A stretch of DNA of 64,000 bases from Octopus sinensis (Eukaryota), in NCBI RefSeq assembly GCF_006345805.1, contig NC_043007.1, positions 23,436,001 to 23,500,000 of the forward strand, written 5' to 3'. The first letter of the stretch is position 1. Every line of letters begins with the position of its first letter. This document shows positions 39,011 to 53,000 of this stretch, piece by piece. The notes under the pieces are model-generated. The model saw only the letters and a program-made list of their open reading frames with translations, did no database searches and was not told the origin of the DNA. A program made the translations under genes and the position numbers.

Positions 39011-39618
39011 TATATTATATACATAAGAGAGAGACAGAGAGACAGACAGACAGATAGAGACATACAGATAGGCCGAGAGCGGAGAGAGAGAGTTAGAGAG
39101 AGAGAGACACACAGACATGTATATTTAATTTTGAATCCGTTATATGCAATAGAAGTAATGTTAGTTTAAAATAGCCATCTAGGTTTCATGCATAATGTAT
39201 GAAGCATCCATTGCTTTTCAAAGATGCATAAAATTAAAATCCATCTCGACAACTTACTGGATAAAAGAAGAGGAAAACTATAACATTAAACTGTAACATT
39301 AAAATTGTTTAGAATGGTTCCTTAAAACCTACCATTTATTTCGAAATATAAGCATTGTGACATCACAGATTAAAATCTCTAAATTTGTTGACTTTCATCT
39401 TACAAAGTTTGAATCTTTCATTTGTGATGTCACAGGCAGATTTCACATGTGGGACTGTTTTGATGCTATGCTTCTTCTAAAAGTTTTAGACGCCCATGTA
39501 GAGGCGAGAATCCACAAACACTCTTTCATCTCCCAGTATGGAACAGCTGTTTGTATAGAGTACTGAACTAGTATCACTCAAAATGATACCTATTTACAGT
39601 TTAGTAGAATGGAGAAGA

Positions 39619-40002
39619 GTGGAGGCGCAATGGCCCAGTGGTTAGGGCAGCGGACTCGCGGTCGTAGGATCGTGGTTTCGATTCCCAGACCGGGCGTTGT
39701 GAGTGTTTATTGAGCGAAAACACCTAAAGCTCCATGAGGCTCCGGCAGGGATGGTGGTGATCCCTGCTGTACTCTTTCACCACAACTTTCTCTTACTTCC
39801 TGTTTCTGTTGTACCTGTATTTCAAAGGACCGGCCTTGTCACTCTCTGTGTCACGCTGAATATCCCCGAGAACTACGTTAAGGGTACACGTGTCTGTGGA
39901 ATGCTCAGCCACTTACACGTTAATTTCACGAGCAGGCTGTTCCGTTGATCGGATCAACCGGAACCCTCATCGTCGTAACCGACGGAGTGCTTCTATCCAT
40001 CC
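39619..40002 (+). mobile_element. tRNA-derived SINE (GTGGAGGCGCAATGGCCCAGTGG head) with LINE-like tail
   Basis: Clear A/B boxes; 13-bp TSD agaatggagaaga at 39606-18 and 40003-15. Confidence 0.92.
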
Positions 40003-41076
40003 AGAATGGAGAAGAACCGAACATCACAACTTCTACGCCACACACTTTCACTGAGTAATTTTTCCTTTTCCTTTCATTAATTACATCGTAATATTTTTCA
40101 GAGATCTTTAAAATCTTAGTCTGTATCCAGTAAAAATCAAAACATTTTAAGCATTAACTTCAGTTCTAGCTAAAATATTAAATGTTAATGCTTATCTTCC
40201 TTTTTGTCTCGGCTCTTTAAACATCTAAAGCAACTAAAAATATATCAACAAATTTTTGTTTTCAGTTAGCTTTGCTTACTTTCTAGAAAAATTATATTTA
40301 ACATTTTAGTAATTTTCTATGTATATATTTTTGTAATATTCTATGTAAATAATAGTTTGTTAGGTTTTTTTTTCTCTCTTCTGAATCTCCGTTCGTATCT
40401 GACCTTGTCTTTGTCTATCTTTCCGTTTATAAAAATCAATATTGAACAACAACAGACGAAATAATTATTCTGTAACAAAATAGAATTAGAGTCATGCAAG
40501 CCAACCATCTATACAGTCGCTCGGTCTGCTAGAAAAAGTATCCACTTATCTCACAAATTACATGCTTCCACCTTAAGAGTATTATCAACTTCGGGAAAAT
40601 CAGTGCAGTAGTATTTATCTATTGACAGCAAGGTACAGCATACATGAATCAGAATTGGGCTCCTTAGCTTATGGGGCCGCTGAGTGACTGCGGCGTGTGC
40701 CTTTATCTTGAGACGGCACTGAATATTACTCTTTTACTTGTTTCAGTCATTTGACTGCGGCCATGCTGGAGCACCGCCTTAAGTCGAGCAAATCGACCCC
40801 AGGACTTATTCTTTGTAAACCTAGTACTTATTCTATCGGTTTCTTCTGCCGAACCGCTTAGTAACGGGGACGTAAACACACCAGCATCGGTTGCCAAACG
40901 ATGTTGGGGGGACAAACACAGACACACACACACACATATATACATATACATATATACGACAGGATTCTTTCAGTTTCCGTCTACCAAATCCACTCACAAG
41001 GCTTTGGTTGGCCCGATGCTATAGTAGAAGACACTTGCCCAAGGTACCACGCAGTGGGACTGACCCCGGAACCAAG

Positions 41077-41740
41077 CTACTTTATTTTATAAAATTTGCC
41101 GTAAAGGCAGTACATAGAGTAAGGTAGCTTGCGGGCTAGACGCGGACATTTATGAGGTGAATGATAATAATACAAGGATGATAAGGATGGGAGAAGACGA
41201 AAAACGCCCGCCAACTTTTGCTTCTTTAAAACATTGTTCTTTTTTAAAAATACAGAATGAGGTATTAACCCTCTTACAATTTTATAACACTTTATGGATA
41301 AAAAGTCCATTACAATTAAAAACAATTTAATGAGGCGATAAACCTATTACATAAATGAGTCCTTGATAAACTTTCTTGCCTCCTGCAAGCATTCTAGCAG
41401 CCGTAAGTTGGGGGCCCATACACTTGATTTGTACTCTTCCTTTGAGAAAGAGTCCATTATATGATAGAGGTTCCTTTCTTCCAGTACCCGAGCAGCCACC
41501 TGCGGAGGCCACTCTGGAATGCAAGTCGAGTCGGTCAGGTCCCGACTATCAAAGGAACTTTCTATATAATTCTCTATAACCCCTTCCCTGAGATAGATCG
41601 CATGTTCTTCAACATTTCCACTGGGAGGGGGCCTTCTTCCCCCCCCCTTCCGGTGACTCACGTCCCACCGAAGGGGTTTCGGAACATGCTGCCGGTGCAC
41701 CCTTACCACACAGCCACTCCTGCAAATCCTAACTGTTAAG
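41077..41740 (-). mobile_element. L1/Tx1-like LINE 3' end (C-terminal ORF plus 3' UTR)
   Basis: 120-aa ORF with an ..EEHAIY.. knuckle-like segment, a UTR ending AATAAA, and truncation of the adjacent SINE head. Confidence 0.45.
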
Positions 41741-42155
41741 TAAAAGAGATGGTTGTGGTTAAAACGCCTTCGATTATTAATCAGCTAAATCACAGCTGAT
41801 CCGAGCTAAATAAGATAAACTCTATTGTAAGCATTGTGTATCTTCCTTTCTCAAATGCATTGATTCTAAAAGAGGTTTCTTTATTTTGCAAGTGTAACCA
41901 TTTATTTTTAAAAAATGAAGTAATTTAACTTTTTATAAAGATACATTGATTTTTTTTAATTTCTAGTTCAAACGCAAAAACGAATGTGTTTTTAGATTTC
42001 AATTTTATCGACAATATGGACTTGCATATTAAAAACATGTTAGAAAAAATTGATTCTTTGATTCACTTCGAAACCACTATAAACTGTTAAATTGCAAGAG
42101 CGTGAGTGAGAGAGAGAGAGAGAGAGAGAGACAGAGGGAGAGCTCGCGCACACAC

Positions 42156-42530
<375 letters not shown>

Positions 42531-42975
42531 ATGCGCATAAACCCTATGGATGCATGGATATATTATATATGCCTGTATTTAATTCACATTATCTCAGAGA
42601 TAGTAACGCCATATACAGCTTGACATAACTGTCAGGAATAGGAACAAACTGTATATCTATTTCGGAATGTTGTCAGAACGGGACTGGCGTCCTATCCAAG
42701 GGACAGATAAATTTATCTCGTTTCCTACTCTATCCCTGCCCACTCTCTATTACATTGAGGTGGGGGGAGTGACGGGATTTTATATCGTACAAAAGAAAAC
42801 TGATATGCGTGTACGTGTATGAGCGTGGGTTCACCGAACAGTGTGTTTACTCATAAACTCATGCACTTAGATGCACGCAAATACGTACGATGACCCTTAC
42901 ATCTCCATGCCTCGGTGAAGTACCTTGCCCATCCACCAGAGTAGGCTTGCGTGATACACCAACACATACCATACA

Positions 42976-43009
<34 letters not shown>

Positions 43010-43020
43010 CATACATACAT

Positions 43021-43062
<42 letters not shown>

Positions 43063-43211
43063 TTACTTGAAGTATATGAAGTCAATGGAGTACGACTTTT
43101 CAGAAAAGTGCCCAAAATAGACACCGGGTTTCTTTTTATATTGTTTTGTTTTAATTATGTATGTATACACACACTCACACACACACACACAACACATATA
43201 TGTTATATATA

Positions 43212-43255
<44 letters not shown>

Positions 43256-43361
43256 TATATATACACCACATATATACGTATATGTTTATATATATGTATG
43301 TGTGTGTTTGTTTGTGTGTGTGGCTATGTGTTTGTGTCTGTGTGTGTCTGTCTGTGTCTGT

Positions 43362-43404
<43 letters not shown>

Positions 43405-44196
43405 TTATTATTGGAATATACTTTGATAAACTTGTACAAGTTATTTTGACGTCAGACAATCGGAAGGGTGTTTTTCGTGTCGGTGCAACAACGGTCACTA
43501 ACGATCATTAAAGACCGTTATCTCCTGCTTTTTTTGCTTTTTTTGTGACTTTTTTTTTTGCTTGTTTGTTTGTTTTTTTATTTTTTGCACAAAAACCCTT
43601 ATTGGCTAAATTAGCATAACTTAATTGTCGTTGCAAGAACGAAATAAAAAGGAAAAAAAAAAAAAGAGAAATAAGTTAGATTTTCTTTGTATGTTTTAGA
43701 ATCTGTGTGCAACTGTTAGAGGACAATTTAATTGTTTCGATAAAAGGAAACAGGACGAGGGACATTGGTTAAGAGAGAGGAAGCTAAATAGTCGTTTGTC
43801 GTTGTTGTTTTGTTTGAGATGGTTATGTTTAGGGTATTTTAAGTACACCTAATTAATAACCGTTCGAAAAGTTTCAGTACAAAATTTGTAATTCAACGAA
43901 TCTGATGTTAGTGTATGAAAAAAGAAGAAAAAAATGTCGGGATGGCAACTGAATTCAACGAACATCTATCTGCCTTTTGTATTATTCGGATATTTATCCA
44001 TGTCAAGAACGTTGTTCGAGACATTGAGATGAACTAGATTCCTTATATATGAATATACATGTGTGTCTGTGTATGTATGTTGGGTATGTATGTATGTGTG
44101 TGTGTGTGAGTACAATATATATGTATGTATATATCTATATATACATACCTACATATATGTATAATATATATGTATATATATATGTGTGTGTGTATT

Positions 44197-44235
<39 letters not shown>

Positions 44236-44289
44236 TATAATATGTTGTATGTATGTATATATATGTATATATATATGTATATGTATATA

Positions 44290-44990
44290 TATATAAATAT
44301 TGATAAAAATGGTCAGACAACAACAGAATGAAAGAGACCTCGATATTAAAGTATAGATATTATACTATACTATTTTTTCGATGGCGGCGTGGATTTCCAC
44401 CGCGGCATTCGAAACTCGGAGTTTTATCATGACTACCGAATAATTATCACATATTACATTTACAGATATATATGTATATATTGTATGTGTAATATAAGAA
44501 TATTAGAAAAATGCCATATCTAGATGGTTAGCGTGATCTTAGACATCATAAGTTCCTCTAAGCAATAACTGTTCTCTGCAAAGGTGGAAATGTTTAGAAA
44601 CATGTGGACCCTTTCGTAATGGAAAAATGCTATGTAAATTGTGTATGGCAGAAAGATATATCATCCTAATGAACTCATATGAACCAGGAGGTCACTTGAA
44701 CTCCAGGACGGAAGCGGTGAGGAGTTGTCCACATTTTCGGAAATTTTTACTTCAAAATTGGAAAACCTAACTAACAAGCGAAGAGAGATAAGTCGCCCGG
44801 CCATAGTTTTTAACAGGAATATTCCTTCAACTATCACCGGCGTTCATGTGTTTCTTAAAAACAACTTTTGCAGAGGACAGTTATTGTTTAGAGGAACTGA
44901 TGTTATGTCTAGATCACGCTAACCCATCTAGATATGTAACCAATGGTATTTCTCTAACATTGTTTTACTACACATACAAAAATAAACAAC
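44290..44990. mobile_element. Rearranged PLE remnant: decayed HHR-like motif, endonuclease tail, ~125-bp inverted arms
   Basis: 44481-44606 is the reverse complement of ~44845-44979. A stem-loop followed by GAAA-CTCGGAG-TT lies at 44380-44423. Confidence 0.65.
44582..44770 (+). pseudogene. C-terminus of a Penelope-like GIY-YIG endonuclease
   Basis: Manual translation RWKCLETCGPFRNGKMLCKLCMAERYIILMNSYEPGGHLNSRTEAVRSCPHFRKFLLQNWKT* fits the W..PY....CxLCxxEK..LNxRxE...CxH pattern I recall for PLE ORF ends. Confidence 0.7.
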
Positions 44991-45046
44991 TGCTCTATTT
45001 TTTATGAGGTATGCTCTTTTTCTGACTTATGAACTTATAATGAAGA

Positions 45047-45316
45047 TATATATATATAAATTACAAAAAAAACACCTTTTATCAATTCAAAATGAAAAAT
45101 TAAATTACACCATCTAGAAAATTACATATAATAGAAAGATTAAATATAAGATAAAAATATAACGATGATTAAATAATTTTGCACATTACTTAATCATCGT
45201 TATATTTTTTTATCTTATATTTAATCTTTTTATTATATGTAATTTTCTAGATGGTGTAATTTAATTTTTCATTTTGAATTGATAAAAGGTGGGGTTTTTT
45301 TCTAATTTATATATAT
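45047..45316. repeat. AT-rich fold-back element, ~125-bp arms, in (TA)n
   Basis: 45047-45172 mirrors 45190-45316. Confidence 0.9.
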
Positions 45317-45423
45317 ACATTATATTTTGTGAAATTTTATTTAATATTTCTAAAATTGATTTTTCCCTGAAGTTTGGAATAATATTCCCTCAATTATTAT
45401 TAATATTATTATTATTATATTAA

Positions 45424-45475
<52 letters not shown>

Positions 45476-45964
45476 TCTATATATATATATATCTATATAT
45501 ATATAGGCGCAAGAGTGGCTGTGTGGTAAGTAGCTTGCTAACCAACCACATGGTTTTTCCGGGTTCAGTCCCACTGCGTAGCATCTTGGCAAGTGTGTTT
45601 CTGCTATAGCCCCGGGCCGACCAATGCCTTGTGAGTGAATTTGGTTTACGGAAACTGAAAGAAGCCTGTCGTATATATGTATATGTGATATTATGTGTGT
45701 GTGTGTTTGTGTGTCTGTGTTTGTCCCCCTAGCATTGCTTGACAACCGATGCTGGTGTGTTTACGTCCCCGTCACTTAGCGGTTCGGCAAAAGAGACCGA
45801 TAGAATAGTACTGGGTTTACAAAGAATAAGTCCCGGGGTCGATTTGCTCGACTAAAGGCGGTGCCCAGCATGGCCGCAGTCAATTGACTGAAACAAGTAA
45901 AAGAGTAAAAGAGTAGATATATATTATATATTATATATCTATATATATATATTATATATATATA

Positions 45965-46210
45965 TATATTATATTAAATTAGAGATAAAACCACTATTAG
46001 GCAAATCAAACAATGAAAAACATAAGCCATACATAAAATTAATTAATTTATATATTTTAAATATGTATCAAAAATTTAAAAGTTTAATAAAAGATAAAGA
46101 GTAAAACACTACGATCGTTTCTGCTGTACAATCGTAATAATTCGAGTTATGGTTACAGTCAATCTTCAGGTTAATTGAAATATTTATCTTAGCGAGGTTT
46201 AGCAATATAT
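45965..46210 (-). mobile_element. PLE pseudo-LTR with HHR motif (family E) in a (TA)n array
   Basis: Minus strand AAC-CTGAAGA-T-TG(A)CTGTA..TACAGCA-GAAA-C-gatc-G-TA-GT at 46106-46173; stem III is the palindrome ACGATCGT. Confidence 0.6.
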
Positions 46211-46217
46211 ATATATA

Positions 46218-47005
46218 CAGTAGCGGCCATAATAATCGGGTCAGTAAGATGAAGTGTATTGAAATAGTTATTATGGAAGATTTAACAACACGTTGAGACT
46301 AGATATTTTACACATATTCAGATATATCTAAAATCTATCTTTCTTGAAAATTTCAAGTGAATGGAATAAATATTTCAAAGGTTATGAGGAAATAAACAAA
46401 TAATCTTCCAAAGTGCAACTGCCAAAAGTTAAGGGTCACTTAGAAAAACAATGAACAAAAAAGATACCCTTACAATTAATATTTTGGGAACATTTCTTTA
46501 CTATCAATGACCTGACATCCGTTACCTCAAGACTGAATTAATTTCTTGCAAAATAATGAAGTAATATTGTTCCGTTTGTTTTTCAATAATTCCCAGAATT
46601 CATCTTTGTTCCTTGATTTTCTCCTTCTCGCCTCATCTCCAATAATCTTCCAAAAGTTTTCTATAGAGTCGAGATCGGGACTTTGAGGAGGCCAGTCCAT
46701 GAGATCAACCCCTTCGTCACTCAAAAAATATTTGACTCTCTTCGCAGTGTGACAGGCAGCGTTGTCTTGCATGAAGATAAGAGGTTGAACTGACGAGGAT
46801 AGAAGATGTGGAACGGCATGCTGTCTAAGAATCTGCTTGTAGATTTCAGCATTGACAGTCCCTTATAGGTGAATAAGTGGACCAGGACCAGCAGCAGAGA
46901 TCACTCCCCATACCATTACACTGCCTCCCCCCTATTTCACTGTCTTCTTCACACATGCCCTCGATAACCTTTCGCCACTTCTTCGACAGAAGTAATATTT
47001 CTAAT
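46218..47005 (-). mobile_element. Tc1 (DD34E) transposon 3' half with one TIR
   Basis: GGGSVMVWGVISAAGPGPL..FMQDNAACH..WPPQSPDLDSIENFW with in-frame stops; TA|CAGTAGCGGCC terminus at 46218. Confidence 0.9.
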
Positions 47006-47119
47006 ACATGAAGGCATACAAAAGGAATGTTAAGAAGTAGAATACTCTAAAACAATTCAGTTTTTTTACATATACGTGTGTGTGTGTGTGATGTGTTGTG
47101 TGTGTGTGTGTGTGTGCGC

Positions 47120-47158
<39 letters not shown>

Positions 47159-47569
47159 TGAGTTGACTGTTGCGCCTTTTCGAAAATATTTGCAATGCAA
47201 GTAATATCTTACGACATTACGTATACGAACACCGACTTTAATCCCAAATGTGACAGCCTAAGCTTCAGTCCGTATTTGTTGATGTTGTTGTTAGCGGGAT
47301 GAGGGATGTGGTGAGAGATGATGGTGATGGATGCTATTTAAACTAACCTCCCATCGCTCAAGACAGCGCTGACAGAGCGGACATGTGATCAATGGCGTTC
47401 AAACCATGATCAGTGCGTCCATTTTGGGGGGATTTTGCAAATCTGCAGTTACATTGTCGAACGTATCCTCAGTTTTTTTCTTCAAGACAGTAGGAAGGGT
47501 GTAATTTGAGAGAGATTTGGCTGTGATTTCTAGCACGTTAAGCGAACCTGTAGATATTCGTTTCACGCT

Positions 47570-48020
47570 GGCTTCTCTGTTAATAGGTACCACTGAATGG
47601 GAATTGCCGCTGTTGTTATACAACCGCAGCGAAAGTTTATTTTATGAGCGCTTCGTTTTCTTTCGTTATTATGAAAGTTGTAGACGGATTAACCCTCCCC
47701 AACAATTTTCTCAGAGAGAATACCAAACTGATTCCCTGTGGATACCGTATTTATTACAAGCCACGAGTTGTAATAAATACGGTATCCATAGGGAATGAGT
47801 TTGGTATTTTATTTATTACACACGAATAAACGACCATATTTTATTAACCCAATAACTAAATTCTTCACGTTTAGTTGTAACTTATGAATGACAAAAGGAG
47901 TGCCGCCACCGTGACCTCGGGTCATCACCATGAACTGACCAATCAGAAGCAGCGCTGTCACCGTGACCTCGGGTCATCACCATGGATTGACCAATCAGAA
48001 GAAAGCAGCGCTCGCAGTAT
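47570..48020. mobile_element. Non-autonomous element with central hairpin and duplicated GACCAATCAGAA end, possibly Crypton-like
   Basis: 41-bp arms at 47719-59 and 47768-808 with loop GCCACGAG; ~60-bp tandem unit (caccgtgacctcgggtcatcaccatg..gaccaatcagaa) twice at 47905-48010. The family call is from recall only. Confidence 0.35.
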
Positions 48021-48083
48021 CTGACATATGTTAGATACCAAAATATCTCAAAGTGTTCTCACTCACATGTGTGTAATAAGACA

Positions 48084-48464
48084 TCTCTCTCTATATAAAC
48101 GGCAGTTTGTCTGTGTGTGTGTCTGTGTGTCCGTCAGGTTGTACCCTCACCCTGACCACGGCTTTCAACCGATTCTGATGAAACTTGACACACACATAGC
48201 CCAATGTCATAATTCAAAACTAACGCAGCGAAAATTTTGAAGAGTTCCCCCAGTTCTGAAAAAAATCGATAAATTCGACATGGGGTCGAGAATTAGAAAC
48301 ACAAACCGCAAACTGTCTAGGGGACGCAACTCCACCTTTTTTAACTAAAAAAATTTACCATCATTTTTTTCCATTTTTTTTGCTATTTTTTGGCTATAAC
48401 TCTCTAAAAATGCTTTATAGTTATTTCCCTTACAAACCTGAGCAACGCCGGGCGATACTGCTAG
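48084..48464 (+). mobile_element. Non-autonomous Helitron
   Basis: A|TC start, (GT/GTCT) microsatellite near the 5' end, 3' CCTGAGCAACGCCGGG hairpin-like motif then CTAG|T; no TSD. Confidence 0.8.
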
Positions 48465-49544
48465 TATTATATAACAGCGAGGCGTTCACTAAAGCTTTCT
48501 CTAAGACTCGTAAGCTTATGAAACCCTATCTTTTCGACCTTGTTTGAAATACAAATGGGCCATTCTCACGTGACTTATGTGACAGTCAGAGACACAAATG
48601 AAATAGCTAAGCTGTAATTTTTGAACATTTACAGCTGTTGTACTGATTCACTCTTCACAGTAATGCTTGTCTACCCATTAAAGTATTAAGCATAAAAATA
48701 TTTTACCTGAACGTACGTTGAAATTTTTGAAGACGATCCAAAAAGCGATGTGTATAACTTAGCACAAATTAACCTTTTTTTTTTTCACCTGAAAATATTA
48801 AATGCAAATTCCTCTGAATTTCTCCTGAGCAGCATAAAATGTTTCATGGTGTTTATTTACACTGACATTTAAATTCCAAAAAAATGCTAAAAGAGTTTGC
48901 TGGATAACGATGTCTCTGTTCACAATTCTCATTTACCTGGTGTGACGTGTGTGACAAATATGATGTGACATAAGTGTGGAAAGATTTCATACGGAAAACA
49001 ACGCTGTGCAGATCTAGAAGGATTTGCTATAACAATATCAATATCTGGTCGAAAATTAACAACCAATTCAATATAACAGGTATATAGTGATTTTTCTGGA
49101 AATTCAGCAAAATCTTAGAAAAAGTTGTTTTGGTTTCACTTCCATGAGACTGGCCCAAATATAGGAAGCAAAGCTAGTTATCTTTACTAGTCATAGTTGA
49201 GTGTCATGTCTAGACGTTTTCCGCATAGTAGAAAGTATTGTCATAAGCAGAAAATAGCCGCTTTCAAAGTTTTCTGGAATTCTTCAAAAATATTTCAATT
49301 TTCTCTCTTTAAATTGTATAAAAGTTGTTATATGAAAGGTCCGATATTTTAAATTATCTCTCCTTCTCTCTTTCCCTCTTTCTCTGTCTCTCTTCCTCGC
49401 TCTCTCTTTCTATCTCTCCCTTTCTGTCCCTGTCTTTGTCTTTTTCCTTCTCATTTTCTCTCTCTCTCTCTCTACCTCTCTCTCTCTTTCACTGTCTCTC
49501 AGTCTCTTTTTATCACTCTTTCTTTATCGCCCCCTCTGTCCCTC

Positions 49545-49608
<64 letters not shown>

Positions 49609-50259
49609 TACTAAGATTCCATGACTTCAATGATACTGGCAAAAAAGAATTTATTCTCCACAGAGACTCGAAAAATCCGTTTAATTATTTTGTTTTTTCA
49701 TATCTATTTATTTATATTAATATCTAGAAACATTTTTTTTTCTTAAGTTAAGCAACAGATTCCATTTTCTTTCTTTTTCCAGTGATGGCGGGATAAAAGA
49801 GATAATTAAATGCTACAATATTCGAGGCATACGAGCAAATGCACTTTATACGGTGTCCTAGCGATCTTGCCAATTCCACAGCATGATTTTGTCTAAAACG
49901 TCAGCATTATGGTGTGGAATTAACAACATATGTTTGTGTATGCGAATGTGTCCATACATACATGCACACACACACGCACACAGGCATGTCCAGACACATA
50001 CACACACACGCACGCACACACACATATATGAAGAAAAAAATATATATATATATAAGTATATACATATATATATATACATGCATACACATAAACATACACA
50101 CAATCACACATACGCATACATACACATATATACATATACATACATATATGTATATGTGTGCGTATATATATATGTATGTATACACATACACACACACACA
50201 CACATATATATATATATGTATACATACACACACACACACACACACACCACACACACAAC

Positions 50260-50291
<32 letters not shown>

Positions 50292-50819
50292 ATATATATA
50301 TATTATAATATAATATATATAATGTATGTATACCTACACACATACACACACACACACATATATATATATGCATACACACACACACACATACATCCATATA
50401 TATATATAGCCTGTTTCCAATTTCAATTCATTGGGACTCTGCGATATCAACTCTTTGTAAGAACATTTTGCTTTTATCTTTTATTTCGAGCTATCGCACT
50501 TGTCTTTGGTTTTCTTACACATTATTCAACAAAGTTTGCCTCACCTGGATCCGTGTATAATATCGATTAATTAAAATTATCGTGCGAACTTTATTAAATC
50601 ATTAAATAAGCTAGAAAATTCTCTTCAAAAAAAGAAACAATAATTCATGCATAATTCAATAAGGTTGTCTTGTAATTCTTGCTAGATTTTGCATCTAGTC
50701 TTAGATAATTAATGATCATATCAAACTTTTTATCTTCAACTTCTTTTGATAATTAACGCAGGAGTCTTTCGCAGAGAAGGTAAGCGTCTAATTCTTCAGC
50801 AAAAGCCCTTCTTCGCTCT

Positions 50820-51172
50820 TGCTCTCTCACTCTATTTCTCTCCCTCACTCTCTCTCTCTCTTTATCTCTCTTTCTGTCACTCTTTCTTCTCTCACGCTCT
50901 CTCTCTCACACTTTTCTCTTTCCCATTCAATCTCTTTGCCTCTCTCTCTCCCTATCTATTATCTATCTATCTCTTTCCCTCTCTCCCTCTCTCTCTCTCA
51001 CACTTTCTCTCTCTCCCTCTCTCTCTCTCACATTTTCTCTCTCTCTGTCTCTCACACTTTCTCTCTCTCCCTCTCTCTCTCTCACATTTTCTCTCTCTCT
51101 CTCACACACTTTCTCTCTCTCCCTCTCTCTCTCTCTCACACACTTTCTCTATCTCCCTCTCTCTCTCTCACA

Positions 51173-51221
<49 letters not shown>

Positions 51222-51270
51222 GTCTCATTCTTATATTTTCTGCTCTCTCTCTCTCTCTCTCTTTACATTC
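50820..51270. repeat. (CT)n-rich polypyrimidine minisatellite
   Basis: Visible directly; similar tracts at 49360-49610, 52520-52950 and 59095-59360. Confidence 0.9.
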
Positions 51271-52957
51271 TTGCTTTCTTACATAGCTATTATTTCTGGT
51301 CCTCTGTTACCTTATTCCTCTCTTTCTCTCTCGAAGTCTCTATCGATCTATCAATCAATAGATCTATCTATTCATGTATCTATATTTCTCTCTATGATTT
51401 GCTGGTTACAAGAAAAGTTGTAGGCCCTTATTTTGTAATGCTTTCTACGGGGACAACTGAATAAGGTTAGTGTTATTTACGTTCTGGTTTAACTGTTGCT
51501 AGTTTATGGTTGAAAGGTCAACATCGGCTGAGAAGGTAGATTTAGGTGAAATATTTAGGTCTGAATATAAGGAATAAAACTACTAAGATTTCAATAATCC
51601 AAAAATTAAATTCGGTAAGTGATTGGATGGAGTCAGTCTTTTAAATTGATGGTTGGCAAAGTTGGATTAGTTTTCCTTTAGATAGCTGGGCATGTGAAAA
51701 TTTTATCAAGTATCAATGAAGATAAAGACAGAGAGAGGAAAAATATAAAACAGGATATAAAAAGATATACAATAGGTTATAGAATGGATAGAAGGATACC
51801 TTGGAGACACGATGGTTTCGAATGAGGGTTTTAATGCTTTTTTTTTTATCCATATTCAATCTTATTTACTTTCACACTCTCGTCTAATAAACACTACGTG
51901 TGCGTGGTAATAATTTGTATGTGTAAAATCGTTGAAATTTTATTAGCTGTTGTAGGTTTTCGTTATCATAATTTTGTTCTTGCAATATCAGAGCATAATT
52001 TACTTTTACATCTAATAATACTCACTAAGAAATAAAGATTAAACCGTGTCGAAATATGCTGTATGTTTGTATTTGTGTAATATTTCTGCCAAGCCAGAAT
52101 GTATGCAAATGAGTAACGTAGAAGACATCCTGTTTCGGTATCTTATGTGTTTGAAGTGTGAAGTTGCAATCAAAGTATGCAACAAATATGACAGCTAACA
52201 GACAAGTGAATAGATTCAGCACAACTGGGTTGGGAGGTTGGGAGATCCCTTGACAAAGGAACTAGTAAGGTCACTCACAAATGGGTCAAGCTAAAGATTT
52301 GCAGGATTTGTATGGTTCAAAAGTATGTTGCTCTCCTTGAGCAGCATATGAAATATAGTTTCAGCTTAGCTGGGTGGCCGGCTGGCTGGCTTCATAGTCT
52401 CCCATACAGATTACTCTTAAGAGAGTAATAAATGGAGATCAGGTTCAAATCGTCAAACAACTTTCACCATTCTCTTTATCTTAATATTTTCCCTTCTTTC
52501 ACTTTCATTTTCTCATCAATGCTTTCTCTTTCTTTCACACACCCTCTCTCTCTTTTCCTCTCTTTCTCTCTCTCTCTCTCTCTCTCACTTATATACACAC
52601 TCTCTCTATTACTCTTTCACCTTGTATTCCAAATTTGTCGTTCACAGTCAACATGTGAAGCACTTTAATATTTTATTTACACTGAAACACTGTTACCATT
52701 TCAGCCTCACACTCTCACTTTCACATATTAACCTCTCTCTATATGTCACACTATCGCTCCACCTCTCCTTTCTCTCTATTTCTCTCTTTCATCTCCAGTA
52801 TTTCTCATCTCTCACTAACTTCTCATACACGGATATTTATCTATATGTTTTACTCCCATTTCTCGGTCCTCTTTTCTCTCTCCCTCTCTCTCTCTATCTA
52901 TCTATCTATCTACTCTTTTCTTTCTCTTTCCCTATCTCTCACATACTCTCTCTTTCC

Positions 52958-53000
<43 letters not shown>

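Noticed and set aside
47399-47623. 74-aa ORF faintly like a tyrosine-recombinase C-terminus
   Set aside because: It overlaps a dispersed non-coding repeat tail (gagatttggct..atttct, also near 1395 and 13215); no catalytic motif.
50760-50785. Possible 18-nt micro-exon cag|GAGTCTTTCGCAGAGAAG|gtaagc
   Set aside because: The peptide ESFAEK does not fit the expected sGC continuation; such matches are expected by chance in 30 kb.
51490-51540. LWLKGQH resembling the sGC LxLKGQM motif
   Set aside because: Stop codon five codons later, no acceptor, and no following FLGTP/FLCSP.
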